A stretch of 64,000 nt of DNA from Carcharhinus longimanus (lineage: Eukaryota), in contig JASCQW010000128.1 of assembly GCA_030264375.1 (NCBI GenBank), positions 33,825,973 through 33,889,972 on the forward strand, written 5' to 3'. The first letter of the stretch is position 1, and each line of letters opens with the position of its first letter. The translations under genes and the position numbers were made by a program. Below the pieces are notes generated by a model. That model searched no databases, was not told the origin of the DNA, and saw only the letters and a program-made list of their open reading frames with translations. This document shows, one piece after another, positions 1 to 11,040 of the stretch.

Positions 1-50
1 CCACGTTCTCAGCCTCACCAAGGGAGTCGATGTCAAACCAGGACTCAAAG
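1..50 (-). CDS. HELLS: HELLS/LSH (SNF2-family helicase)-like exon fragment, running off the window edge
   Basis: Strong acceptor (ttttatttatttatttttgtacag|C), phase 2. Translates FESWFDIDSLGEAENV, versus recalled human HELLS (LKS)FESWFDITSLSETAEDII. Only 16 codons are visible. Confidence 0.65.
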
Positions 51-800
51 CTGTACAAAAATAAATAAATAAAAGATACAAACAAGAGATTAAAGCTGAG
101 TAGTTAGCAACACAGGAATAAGTACAGATTCAGAATCCAAACACTGTCCTACCATAAACATCCAATGATCCATTCTGAACAGTTTAGGAGTAAGAAAGTG
201 CTGTAGTTTTGGACACACTAATATATCCAGCATAATTAAGTTATTTCTTATCCTCTTGTACTTTCTTCAGTGCCTAATTATATATACACCTCCTGGAATT
301 TTTTATGCTGATTTTCTACAAATTATTTCTATTGCCTCCAGCATTATAGAAGTTGGAGTTGCATCTATCCACTTCTCCATCAAGAATGAAATTAGCTTCT
401 TCAGTTGTGCAAGATTGCAGGTGAAAGCAGATTTAATTACAAAAACAGTATTCAAGCAATAATCTCACTTTCCTTTGCCTCATTGGCAGAAATAACTTCT
501 ATTGGTGCAAAGCCCATTTTTAAATCAAGAAAAAAAATCAAAAGCTATCATGTTCATTGAACCAGCACATATTCAAAGATCTATCTATCAACATATTTGA
601 AATCACTAAAAAATAAAATCTCAGTGGTAGTTGGAGGCTGGCAAATAGTGCCTTCTCTCATTCCACTGTGACATCGAAAGGCAGTACCACCAGAATTCTT
701 CCCTTGTGTCACTTGTCACACACAAATACATGTCATTTGCATTGAGAAAAGATCAAATCAGCTTAAATTTAGCCAACATCTGTTAAATTCCTTTCCTTAC

Positions 801-942
801 CTGATACTTCAGTGCTTCTCTCAACAGAGACCATGCGTTGAGCAGTGGGGTTGTTGAACATATCTGGCAGAGGACTTTTTTGAACTCTTCCAGGAGGAGC
901 TGGTGGTATTTTTAAATTATTCTGTAATGCAGGGTCATGTAC
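801..942 (-). CDS. BAIAP2L1: BAIAP2L1 coding exon (exon 9 equivalent), proline-rich linker
   Basis: 142 bp, gtcctag|GTA...TCAG|gtaagg, phase 0-1. Translates VHDPALQNNLKIPPAPPGRVQKSPLPDMFNNPTAQRMVSVERSTEVS, versus human [22 protein letters not shown]. The acceptor could instead be at 921. Confidence 0.88.
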
Positions 943-1439
943 CTAGGACACCATTTTATCATTATTGATTTGTTCACATACAATGTTTAGAATATTGCAC
1001 TTAAGTTGCTTCTGAGTTACAATTTCTTTCTTTCAGTTGTGCAGGAAAACAAAGGCCTGATGTACCTCTTGATAACATTAAGTTATGAACCAGAATGGAA
1101 ATAAACTAATATGCATCCATACTAAATAAAGGAGATCAACTTAACTTGCATAACTACAGACTCGTCAGCATTGCATTAACAAATGAAAAAAAAATAATGA
1201 AATTAATCATCAGCCATATACATACCTGTGATAAGGGGAGGATACTACCTCACTAGCCTCAGAAAATAAATAAATATGCGTGCACTTGAATTTCTGGAGG
1301 CCTTAAGGAAGTTCCTTGCAAAAACCTGAAGGCAGTAGAAATTCAAGGAAAAGCCTAAATGCGGAAGGATTTATGCACAAAATGAGTTTCTCACAATAGG
1401 TGAAAGAGGGAAGTTTGGGGTATGGAATGGGTGTGGTAG

Positions 1440-1640
1440 CAGATTAACATCCAGACAGCTGAAGATAGCCAATTTTGTGGTGAAGGGATGGGGAAGCACA
1501 GGAGATCAAAGCTGAAGTGACAGAGTTCTTAAGAGGGTAACAGGATTGAAGAAAGTTGCAGGCCACAGTAAGGCCACGAAGGGATTTACACACAAAGGTG
1601 GAGTTGTTAAAGGACTGGATACTAATGTAGTTGAGTGAAC
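1440..1640 (-). mobile_element. decayed L2-type LINE 3' fragment
   Basis: Purine-rich degenerate sequence resembling the reverse complement of the L2-like ends at 17.0-17.7 kb and 24.7-25.0 kb. Boundaries approximate. Confidence 0.4.
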
Positions 1641-2307
1641 ACAAATTGTAAAAGTAGAAAGAAAAACACAAAAGAACAAATAGTAAGAAGAGGTACAAAG
1701 TGTAAAATACGTATAAAAAGGACAGAATTTCTCTCTTCACGTTTGTGATATTTTAACACCTACAACTTCTCGTTTGCTTTTAGGTCCTTTAATTTTACAG
1801 GCAAAGCAAAACTTTAATAGGAGTTTTCTAAACAATGCATGACTAGCCATTTAAAGACCAACCTTCTGTCTTGCAAAATTGCCATAGCCTTTTTCATAAG
1901 GCCTACATCATATAGGACCATCACATTGACGTGCGGTTCTAACATCCTCTAGAAATGTTTGATCAAATATTTATTTGGAATTAATGTATTCTCTTTAGAA
2001 TCCTACTAGTCATTCAACTCCATAACCTGCCCTAATTACAGAAAAACACCAGTATCAAATTATGTGCATTTGAATGTTAAGATTTTTAAGAAGTCCCTTC
2101 AACAACAATATTTATTTTGGAACAAACTTTTCCCAAACAAAATTCCTCAAATGGCAGAACTAATTTCCAGCAGAAGACACCCCAGTGAAAGCATGCCTTT
2201 CAAATCCTAGATGTACATATGATTACTCAGAAAATAGTACTGAACTAGGCTTCGACTAAAATATCTCTCATCTACAGTTTTGAATTTCAGTTAGAAATTA
2301 AAAAATT

Positions 2308-2860
2308 ATTGGTGGAATTTTCCTATTTTTGCATGGTGTGCTGGCTGAGGCGAGAAAACAGGCGTGCAGCTCACCAATCACACAACTGGCTTTTCTCATC
2401 AGATAATCCAGCTTTTGGTGCAAAAGGAAGTCTCCAGACATGGCTCATGCCATCATGCTGATGGCTGGAGCTAAAAAATGCTGATAACATTGGGGATCCC
2501 GAATTCGGGGCACCCTGCTCCCCGATAACAAAGCAAAAACTACCCCACCTACATGGAGATCCCATACACATGCCCCCCCCACCTTCCCAATGGATAAGGA
2601 GAACAACTCCCCAGTCAGCTTACCAGAGGGGCGTCCCCACCACTTCCTCCTAAGGGTTCTCTTTGCCTAGTTTTTAAAAACCCTTTGTAACCCGCGTCAG
2701 CTTTCCGATAGGGGGGGGGGGGGCGGTGTGTGTGTGTGTGTATTTTAACATTACTATAAATTATTTAAATGAGGTTCCTGACCTTCCTGGCAGGAACCTT
2801 ATTAAGTCATTGGCGGGGTGGGGAAAATCCAAGACAGGTTCTTGCCGGTGAGATTCTTAT
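2308..2860. mobile_element. non-autonomous DNA transposon (Harbinger-like MITE) remnant with poly-G/(GT)n
   Basis: Starts ggtggaattttcc like the other ggg..gaattttc termini in the window. GC-richer body; G run at about 2710-2723 and (GT)n at about 2725-2740. Confidence 0.45.
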
Positions 2861-2999
2861 TTTTTGCATCCCATGTCGCCATTTGCTCTTGTGGCATGAG
2901 TTTGTCTCAAAATGTATTTCTACAGAATTCAAAGTTCTTAAATATGAATTTAAAACTTTTCCCCTATTTAGTACAGCAGTATTTGTCAAAGGAGCAAAA

Positions 3000-3310
3000 A
3001 TAGTCCCAGGTTTGACTCCTCTTTCTGCTGATTTATTTTAGCTCAGCAACAGTTTGGATGCTATAAATCAGTCTCAGCCCCACTGGCTGAGGAAGGACAG
3101 AAATTACTCCAATCCACCCTGAAAGTACATATTTGTGGATGCTGGGCAAGGACACACTGGCTTGTCTATGAATCTCTCCATGACTGAATAGCTTTCCAAT
3201 ACATTTTTTTTCCTGTGAAATAACAACCCCTCAACTTAGGTATGGAGAGCTTCTGACACCCTTAGAGCTGTACTTCAGGGAATGTCAGCATCTTTATGAG
3301 AATTGTGGGG
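3000..3310 (+). mobile_element. old tRNA-derived SINE-like element (same family as 10700-11040)
   Basis: B-box-like cccaggtttgactcc, followed by degenerate similarity to 10740-11035 (ctcagc...ccctgaaagt...tggatgctgggcaaggaca...tgaata). Confidence 0.45.
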
Positions 3311-3458
3311 CAAAAATAGGAGGGGGCGGATGACAGCTTGGTAAACAATGTTTTAAGACTCGATGAAAAATTTTGAAAGCTAATGTCATTGGCATCCTTC
3401 CATCTGTGTAAGGTGATGGGCACATAAATCAAATCCACTGTGGGGAAACCGTACCTTG

Positions 3459-4100
3459 GGATGGAATTCTCCTAAGTCCCTACTGGCTTGTTTGATGGCA
3501 GGCAGGTGAGAGAATGTGTCGAGGGGAGGGGGGGGGGGATGGGGAGGTGCTGGTGCCTATCATGGCAGGTCAGAAAACCTGCTGGAGGACAGCATAGTCC
3601 TCATTTGCAGATGAAGGCATGACTTCCACGCCAGACTCTCCATGACGCAGGCAGGAAAAAGAAACTGTGAAACACATTCATTCAAAATGTCGGGACTCAT
3701 CTGAATAATATCTGGGGCTGTCTCTTGAATTCGGGATGGAGGCATCTCATAACCCAGGACCACTACAGTGGATCGGGATTTCAACTGCCAGTGGATCTTC
3801 CAGATCTGGAGGAGTCCACCTTCCAGCTTCAGAATGTCCCCAGAGATCTATCTTCATTTTTAGGAGGTCCACCTTCTTTCTTGAATAGTGGGTCAGTAAT
3901 GTTGGATGCCTTTTTGATATGACACCTATAAATCAGCAGACTACACACCATCCAGACCTGCCCCACCACTGAATGTGGCATGAAGGACACATAATTAATG
4001 AGATTGGTAACAGAGGATTTGGTGTGTTTTTCCAACATCTTCAGTGGGAAACATGCCATGTTTCTGCCATGGCACAGTCTCAAATTGTAGAATTCTGCCC
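3459..4100. mobile_element. Harbinger-like non-autonomous DNA transposon
   Basis: Imperfect terminal inverted repeats gggatggaattctcc ... gtagaattctgccc around a GC-richer interior. Confidence 0.55.
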
Positions 4101-4975
4101 TGTATGAATCAATTATATATTAACTTGCCAATAAAAATTGACATATGCAAGTTAATTGTACCTTTTACAATGAGGATGTTTTGAGCACTGTAGATGCAAA
4201 TATACTCTTTTGTCGCTGAAGCCTTCCTACTAATAGTACTACTTTATGGGTCTTTGTTACTGGCGTCTCCTATTTGATACTTTTTAAACCCAAATGCTGT
4301 TTGTATAGAATTACATGCCAGAAATTCCTGAGTAGAATAAATATTTATATCACATTGCCTTCCCACATACTTTCTTTCTTGTATGTGGATTCATCAGTGA
4401 AGTGTCATTTCATTCTTGGCCATGGTTTGAACTGAATCCACTTCTCTCTCTCAGCTGCATGAGTTTAGTGCTGTTAATTTGGAATTTCAAACCAATTTCC
4501 AATGGGGCAAACCACCACAAATTTGCCCACAATTGGTTAAAACAATGACAGTCTCAGAGAAGCCATAAGAAGTGAAGAAATTAACATTGATGCAGTTGAA
4601 ATTAGATGAGAATCCTTGCCTCACCTTCAAATTTATATAATTTTGCATTTTAATCCACACTTACTCCACCCACAGATATACTCTCACTCAATTCCACAAC
4701 TCCTCCAGTATGATTTTGGTTTCCTGTCCCTCATCACTGGTGATCTTACTTTCTCCTGCATACTGAAACTTCATCCCTAAATAGTTTGCAACAACTCATT
4801 CTATTTTCGAAAAGTACTTTTTTTTTTAAACCACCCTTAATTCTATCTTTTTTTTTGAGGAAGATGGCAAAAGTACAAGAAGTTCTTGCTGTTGAATGCA
4901 ATCTTATATCCATTGCTAACCAAAGTAGATTTTTTAAATAAATGATTTCTGCCCTCCCCAAAATCAGTCACTCAC

Positions 4976-5125
4976 AGTGTATCGTCCCATCAATGGAGAA
5001 GGTTGAGGAGTTCTGGATATATATGATGGGGGACTGTCATCTTCACTCAAAAACTCTGGCACCTTGGTGGCATCGAAACATTTCTCCTTCCATCGGTTTA
5101 GTTTGGCACTTAGTACTTCACTGGT
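4976..5125 (-). CDS. BAIAP2L1: BAIAP2L1 coding exon (exon 8 equivalent), end of I-BAR domain
   Basis: 150 bp, ttcctttag|ACC...ACT|gtgagt. Translates TSEVLSAKLNRWKEKCFDATKVPEFLSEDDSPPSYISRTPQPSPLMGRYT, versus human [24 protein letters not shown]...TPQASPM. Not in the ORF track. Confidence 0.92.
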
Positions 5126-5449
5126 CTAAAGGAAGAAACATACAATGATTATGAAACTGAAATTATAAAGTTAAGAATTTTTAAAATCAAGAAGCACAAA
5201 AATGGATTCTACAGCTCATGATTCATGCTGTGCACACATCTCCAGCCACATATTCTAATTGCTGTCATTTTGGAGAGGGGAATGCATTTTGAGTTGTAGA
5301 TACATGATCTTTCTGTCCTATCAGAAGCAACACTTTGGGTATGTCTTTTTTTGCCTGGAAGGCAATCTACCCTTAGACTTTGTAAAACATGAAGTGCAGC
5401 TATTTTCAGTTCCATTGAGTATGATGGCTTCAGAGTTTGATCACAATGT

Positions 5450-5906
5450 TCACAAAGGAAATTTGGCATGTCAGCTACGATTTTCAGCAACTTTAACAGG
5501 TGTACCATTGAAAGCATTCTTCCTGGTTGTATCACAGCTTGGTATGGCTCCTGCTTTGCCCAAGACCACAAGAAACTACAAAAAGTTGTGAATGTAGCCC
5601 AATCCATCATGCAAACCAGCCTCCCATCCATTGACACTGTCTGTACTTCTCGCTGCCTCGGCAAAGCAGCTAGCATAATTAAGGACCCCATGCACACCAG
5701 ACATTCTCTCTTCCATCTTCTTCCATTGGGAAAAAGATACAAAAGTTTGAGATGATGTAGCAACCGACTCGAGAGCAGCTCTCAGCCTTTTGAATGGGCC
5801 TACCTCGCATTAAGTTGCTCTTTCTCTACACCCTTACTATGACTGTAACACTACATTCTGCATTCTCTCCTTTCTTTCTCTATGAATGGTATGCTCTGTC
5901 TGTATA
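5450..5906 (+). mobile_element. Rex1/Babar-type LINE 3' fragment
   Basis: ORF 5468-5755 contains RCTIESILPGCITAWYGSC...LQKVVNVAQSI, a Rex1 C-terminal motif. Highly similar to 7239-7710. Ends at an N gap. Confidence 0.85.
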
Positions 5907-6006
5907 NNNNNNNNNNNNNNNNNNNNNNNNNNNNNNNNNNNNNNNNNNNNNNNNNNNNNNNNNNNNNNNNNNNNNNNNNNNNNNNNNNNNNNNNNNNNNN
6001 NNNNNN

Positions 6007-6087
6007 ATAAATTGGTTGGACTTAAACCTGGTGTTGTGAGACTTCTTACTGTGTTTACCCCAGTCCAACACCGGCACATCCACATCG
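6007..6087 (+). mobile_element. Penelope-like terminal repeat fragment
   Basis: gttggacttaaacctggtgttgtgagacttcttactgtgtttaccccagtccaacaccggcacatccacatc, near-identical to 46277-46345. Confidence 0.6.
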
Positions 6088-6646
6088 TGTCTCCAGACTG
6101 CCAGTGAGAGTCCCAGCATGGCCAGCAATGTCTCCCACATGCCCCGACACTCATGGCCATTGAACGCTGTGCTTCCTGGATGTTGGAATCACACTCGCCT
6201 GTAGAATCTCCAAGATGGCCTGGACCCTGTCACCCATGAGGACAGATCCCTGAGCTGTATCGGTACCACCTTCTGCAACACTATTCTACTGGATTCCCTA
6301 AACAGCCTTCCAGTGGCAGCATGGCTGCTGACAGACCTTCCACAACTCCTCGGGTTTGCTGATGCATCTCCACCAGCCTTGGGATGAACGAACCCCAAGG
6401 CCCCTCATCTGGCTTGGGGACAGCTCAATCCTCACCTCAGGAAGACCTCTGTGCGCCCGAGCCCTTTGATGTGCCCACCTCCTGCTCCATCAAGTAACTG
6501 GCCAAATGAACTCCCTGTTAGGTGGGATTGCTGCCTCTGTTAGATGTTGTAGCAGTCATTATTCCTTCCAGCTACTTTGCTAAGATGAGGGTGTTAGCTG
6601 TAAGTTGATCAGTTGCCTCTGAGCCACAGGGTTCCAATTCTAGCTT

Positions 6647-6928
6647 TGTTAACCTGTGACATTGCACCTTATCCAGTTTAGTGGGAATTCCAGCCTACCC
6701 TGGATAATACAGTGACTGGCGAACTGCAGTATAGCTGGGAGTCTGATTAAGGCAGTAATGGCTTGTCCAATTAGGGAGCCCTGCATGTATATATAGCTGG
6801 GTTGTCAGGGTTACTGGCACTCTGGGTTTATAATCTGTACAAGGAAGTACCTGCCTGATTGTAGCTGACTTTGTAAATAAATCTAAATTTGGAGAAGGAA
6901 CACTGAAGGCCTTGGAGGAGTTATTTCA
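6647..6928 (+). mobile_element. probable solo LTR
   Basis: About 280 bp, TG...CA (ends gttatttca), with CCAAT (~6767), TATATATA (~6788) and AATAAA (~6876) in LTR order. No exact TSD resolved. Confidence 0.5.
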
Positions 6929-7238
6929 GTTTGGAGGGAGAGATGGAAAAAATAAAATTCTCCTCATCGCCAGTGTAATGATTCAGCCAAATGCCAATTC
7001 CCCATCAGCAAACACCCTGATTTGTGCACCAAAGTGAAAGGCCATGCCTGCAGTTAGACAGTCCATACATCAGGACCTACAGCACCAGCTGACGGCTTCT
7101 CATTGGGTGAGCCTTGGCTCAGTCAATAATGAAGCTCAGCCTCCACAAAGCCACTGGGGGGATCCACCAATGATCCCCCGTGGCCACCATGGCCATCATA
7201 ACCCAAGCGCCATCAGGATACATTGCTATTCCTTTCTC

Positions 7239-7710
7239 AGAAAGCATTCTTTCTGGTTTTTTTCACAGCTTGGTATGGCTCCTGCTCTGCCCAAGACCGC
7301 AATAAACTACAAAAGGTCGTGAATGTAGCCCAATCCCACACACAAACCAGCCTCCCATCCATTGACTCTGTCTACACTTCCCGCTGCCTCGGCAAAGCAG
7401 CCAGCATAATTAAGGACCCCACATACCTCGGACATTCTTCCACCTTCTTCTGTCGGGAAGTCTGAGGTCACGTGCCAACTGACTCAAGAACAGCTTCTTC
7501 CCTGTTGCCATCAGACATTTGAATAGACCTACCTTGCGTCAAGTTGATCTTTCTCTACACCCTAGCTATGACTGTAACACTACATTCTGTGCTCTCTCAT
7601 TTTCTTCTCTATGAATGGTATGCTCTGTCTGTATAATGTGCAAGAAACAATACTTTTCACTGTATGTTAACACATGCGACAATAATAAATCAAAACAAAA
7701 AAAAAATCAA
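7239..7710 (+). mobile_element. Rex1/Babar-type LINE, 5'-truncated, with 3' tail
   Basis: TAWYGSCSAQDRNKLQKVVNVAQS motif; 3' tail aataataaatcaaaac-poly(A). Ends about 65 bp from the exon 7 donor. Confidence 0.85.
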
Positions 7711-7775
7711 TTTTAATGCATTGCCATATATTTCCCCCAACAAGAGCATACTTTCAACAGTTCAATCATACAGAC

Positions 7776-7928
7776 CTTTTCATGGTAATTGCTCAGATCT
7801 TGGGAAAAGCTGCAATGTTTGTCCACTAGGAAGCAGAACCGTCTTTTTTCCTCAAGTAAGGCCTCTTTGCAACCTTCAGTAATGAATCGCTGAATATCAT
7901 TTTCCCTTGTACTGATGGTCGCTAAAAA
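7776..7928 (-). CDS. BAIAP2L1: BAIAP2L1 coding exon (exon 7 equivalent)
   Basis: 153 bp, ttcccag|TTT...AAG|gtctgt. Translates [51 protein letters not shown], containing the conserved [21 protein letters not shown] motif. Confidence 0.96.
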
Positions 7929-8988
7929 CTGGGAAACAAAATACACATTAATTTTCTGTATTTCAAAAACAAGTCATTTTTTAACAGGTCATACTTATTG
8001 AAATTCTGGTAGAAGATCCAGCTTCTATCATGTTTATGATAATATTATAGAAATAATTTGGTGCTTTCCTTTTAATGCAGACTTTTAAAAAATTCTCATG
8101 AATTAGAAGAGATAGCAACTCAAATGATGTTCGCTGATATCAATGATTGCATTTCAGAAATTAAAGATTTGTTCTAATCAAATTAAAAAGCAACATTAAA
8201 TAATCAGAAGCTGGCCATTTAAATGCAAATGAGGAGCATGAGAGAAAAACATCGAACAGGGCTAGTTTGGTGCTGTAATATTACCATTTAGGGAATCAAG
8301 ATCAGAATAAAGGCAACATGTCATTAAATTTAGAACAGAAATACTCCTCCAGTCACTTCACACACATTTCAACTTTTGTTTATTGTGATTACAGAAAGAT
8401 TTTTATCAGAGCAGAACCAAATGCTTCTGTGATAAAAATAAACATTTTTGTTCTAGTTGTCAGTGGTATGCTTTCCGCACCATATTTCCAAGCATACCAA
8501 ATCATAAATGATTTTTACTGTTTATTCCAAAATCCATTAAGAAACAGTTTAAACACAAGGTGCACACAGCCCAACTATTTCCTGGTTTTATTTCAAGGAC
8601 AAACAGGTCAGTGAAGCAAACCCACACCTTCTTTATGATGTGGGTGTTTCCATAACCTACAGTTATGTTATGATTAAACTCACATTTTAGGGAAGAAGGA
8701 GATGAAAGGTAAAACATCATTCAAAATAGTCAAAAAGCTAAAGAAGAAATAGCATCATGTCTGTAAAAACACAAACTTTACTTAAAACACAATGTGTGAT
8801 AGTGTATACAAATAAACAAAAGATTCAATGTCGCCNNNNNNNNNNNNNNNNNNNNNNNNNNNNNNNNNNNNNNNNNNNNNNNNNNNNNAACTGATAAAAT
8901 CTGGCAGAGTTTGATCTAGAGCTCGATTTGAGTGTGATCTGACAACAAAATCTATTTATTAGCTAAGGAATCAGGCCTAATAAACACA

Positions 8989-9127
8989 TGGGCCATAATT
9001 TTCTGGCCATTCATGCCAAAGGGATTCTCTGGTCCTGCTACAGCGAAGGGAGATGTGGTTGAGCGCCAAGTTCTCTGTCTTCACTTGCAGTAGTGGTGGG
9101 GCATGAACAGCCAGAAAATTCTGGCCA
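8989..9127. mobile_element. ~138-bp MITE
   Basis: TIRs ggccataattttctggc / gccagaaaattctggcc, one mismatch in 17 bp. Confidence 0.7.
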
Positions 9128-10699
9128 AGGTTTTCCTCTTTATCCGAATAAAGACTCTTCCTGGTTGCAAAATAGTAGTGCTGGAATCCAGGTTATTCAG
9201 AAGAAATTGATGTTTACACAAATTAGAAACTGTTCAAATTGGAACTGGATTGATAGTCACTGTTTTTTTTAAACGGAAAATAGTCTGAAATTTTCAAGGA
9301 ACTGAAAGTTTGACAGAACTTTTGCCAGTGTAAGAAATAGTCTCAAAAAGTTGCATTATAACAGACTTATTTAACAATGAGCCACATGAGTTTGATTAAG
9401 CAACCATAATCATGTTTTAATAACAAAATTAGTGTTTCTTTTTTTTATTCAATCTGGAGATGTGGGCAGAACAAGCAAGTCGGGCAATTTTTGTCCATCC
9501 TTAATTCCCCATGAGCAAATGTCAGTGGCAACTAGATTTTAACTTTTATTATCTTATTAATGGTTTTCATTGGTGAAGGCAACACAGAACTACTAAAAAT
9601 TAAATTGGCATCGTTGACAACCATGTTATTTCGATGAAAAAGTGGCAAGTAAATTCATGCCAAAAAAAGCTATATTCAATGCAGTCACTGATAATACTGT
9701 GCATGTTGGTTAAAGACATTTTTTAAAAAATACATTTGCTTAATTTGTGGCAATTTAAGAAGTGTTCAACATGGAGAATGGTTATTATTTATTATTCTCT
9801 CATGACCTGCAAAATCTGAATTTGTAGTTCCTATACCCAAGATTAGGTCATTCCTAAATAACAGAGGAGTTCTAATATTAATTCCTAGGAGATCCTGCCT
9901 TATATCTGGCATCAGTTCGAAAAGCATTTGTTTGCCACAACATTGTCTCCTGATCCTTAGCCAATTATGTACCTAAGTTACCTGTATCATTTTCATTGTA
10001 TGTTTCTATTTTCTGAAATTTTTGCATTAACAAACCATAGCTCCCTTACTCGCAATAAATACTCTTTTTCAGCAGAGCATGGATGAATAATAATTTTCTT
10101 CAAATAAATAACTTGCTCTCACCCACAGAAAAAGGAGATCATTCGGCAATTTGTGGCAGCTGTACCTCTGCAACTGAGTAATGCATTATACTTGTTGCCT
10201 TGCTTTCTGCCCCATATCTTGCAATACATTTCCCATTCTAATAATGGTCTTCTGCTCAATAGGCATTTGTGGTAAAGCATTTGATGTTTCAATAACCTCC
10301 TCTGGAGAGCATTTTTTCTAACTTCCACTTTTATTCTTCTAACAATACTCAGTCTATATTCCTTTGTTAGTCATTCATGAACCAGCAATATTATTTCTTC
10401 ACTGTTTATCCTCTCAGAATGCTGAAAATATCCATTCTATCGTTTGTTTCACATATTCAACACCTTCTAACAATAAAAGCCCTAATTTCTCAAAATGATT
10501 ACCTCATTCCTGTATCATTCCAGTGAATCATCACTGTTCTCTTTCCATAGTTCCATTATCCATCCAATTATGGGATTCCCACAACCTCATGCAACACTCC
10601 TCTGTGGTCCAATCTATGTCTTTTACATTTACTGCTTCTAAGTCAGGTTGCCTATTCATTAGGTACATTATCTTTTAAAAAACTGTTTTTTCATTTCTC

Positions 10700-11040
10700 T
10701 CAGTGGCTTATTTGGTTAAGACAGATCAGGAAAAGTCTTTGGTTCAATCCCTAGTAAATACAGAGTTGGTGGAACTCAGCAGGGATATCGCAACCAGCCT
10801 CAGCCAGGGCCCTGAGTTAGGAACGGGAATGAAAGTTAGCTCTCTCATTCCTGAATGTCATCTAGAAACCCCTGTTGGAAGTGTGCTTGTATGGATATTG
10901 TTTAAGGACAAAATAAAATGCAGCTGTGATGGCTCCTCCTGCAGTTGAATAACTGCAGCTACTTAATACAACAGTACACAAGATAGTCATTTAGGCACAG
11001 AATCATAGGGAAGACGGATTCTGGAGGAACTGCATCAAAA
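10700..11040 (+). mobile_element. old tRNA-derived SINE-like element
   Basis: A-box-like gtggcttatttggtt and B-box-like ggttcaatccc; diverged second copy at 3000-3310. Confidence 0.5.

Noticed and set aside
5209-5763. 184-aa minus-strand ORF
   Set aside because: Largely antisense to the Rex1 fragment; no independent protein signal.
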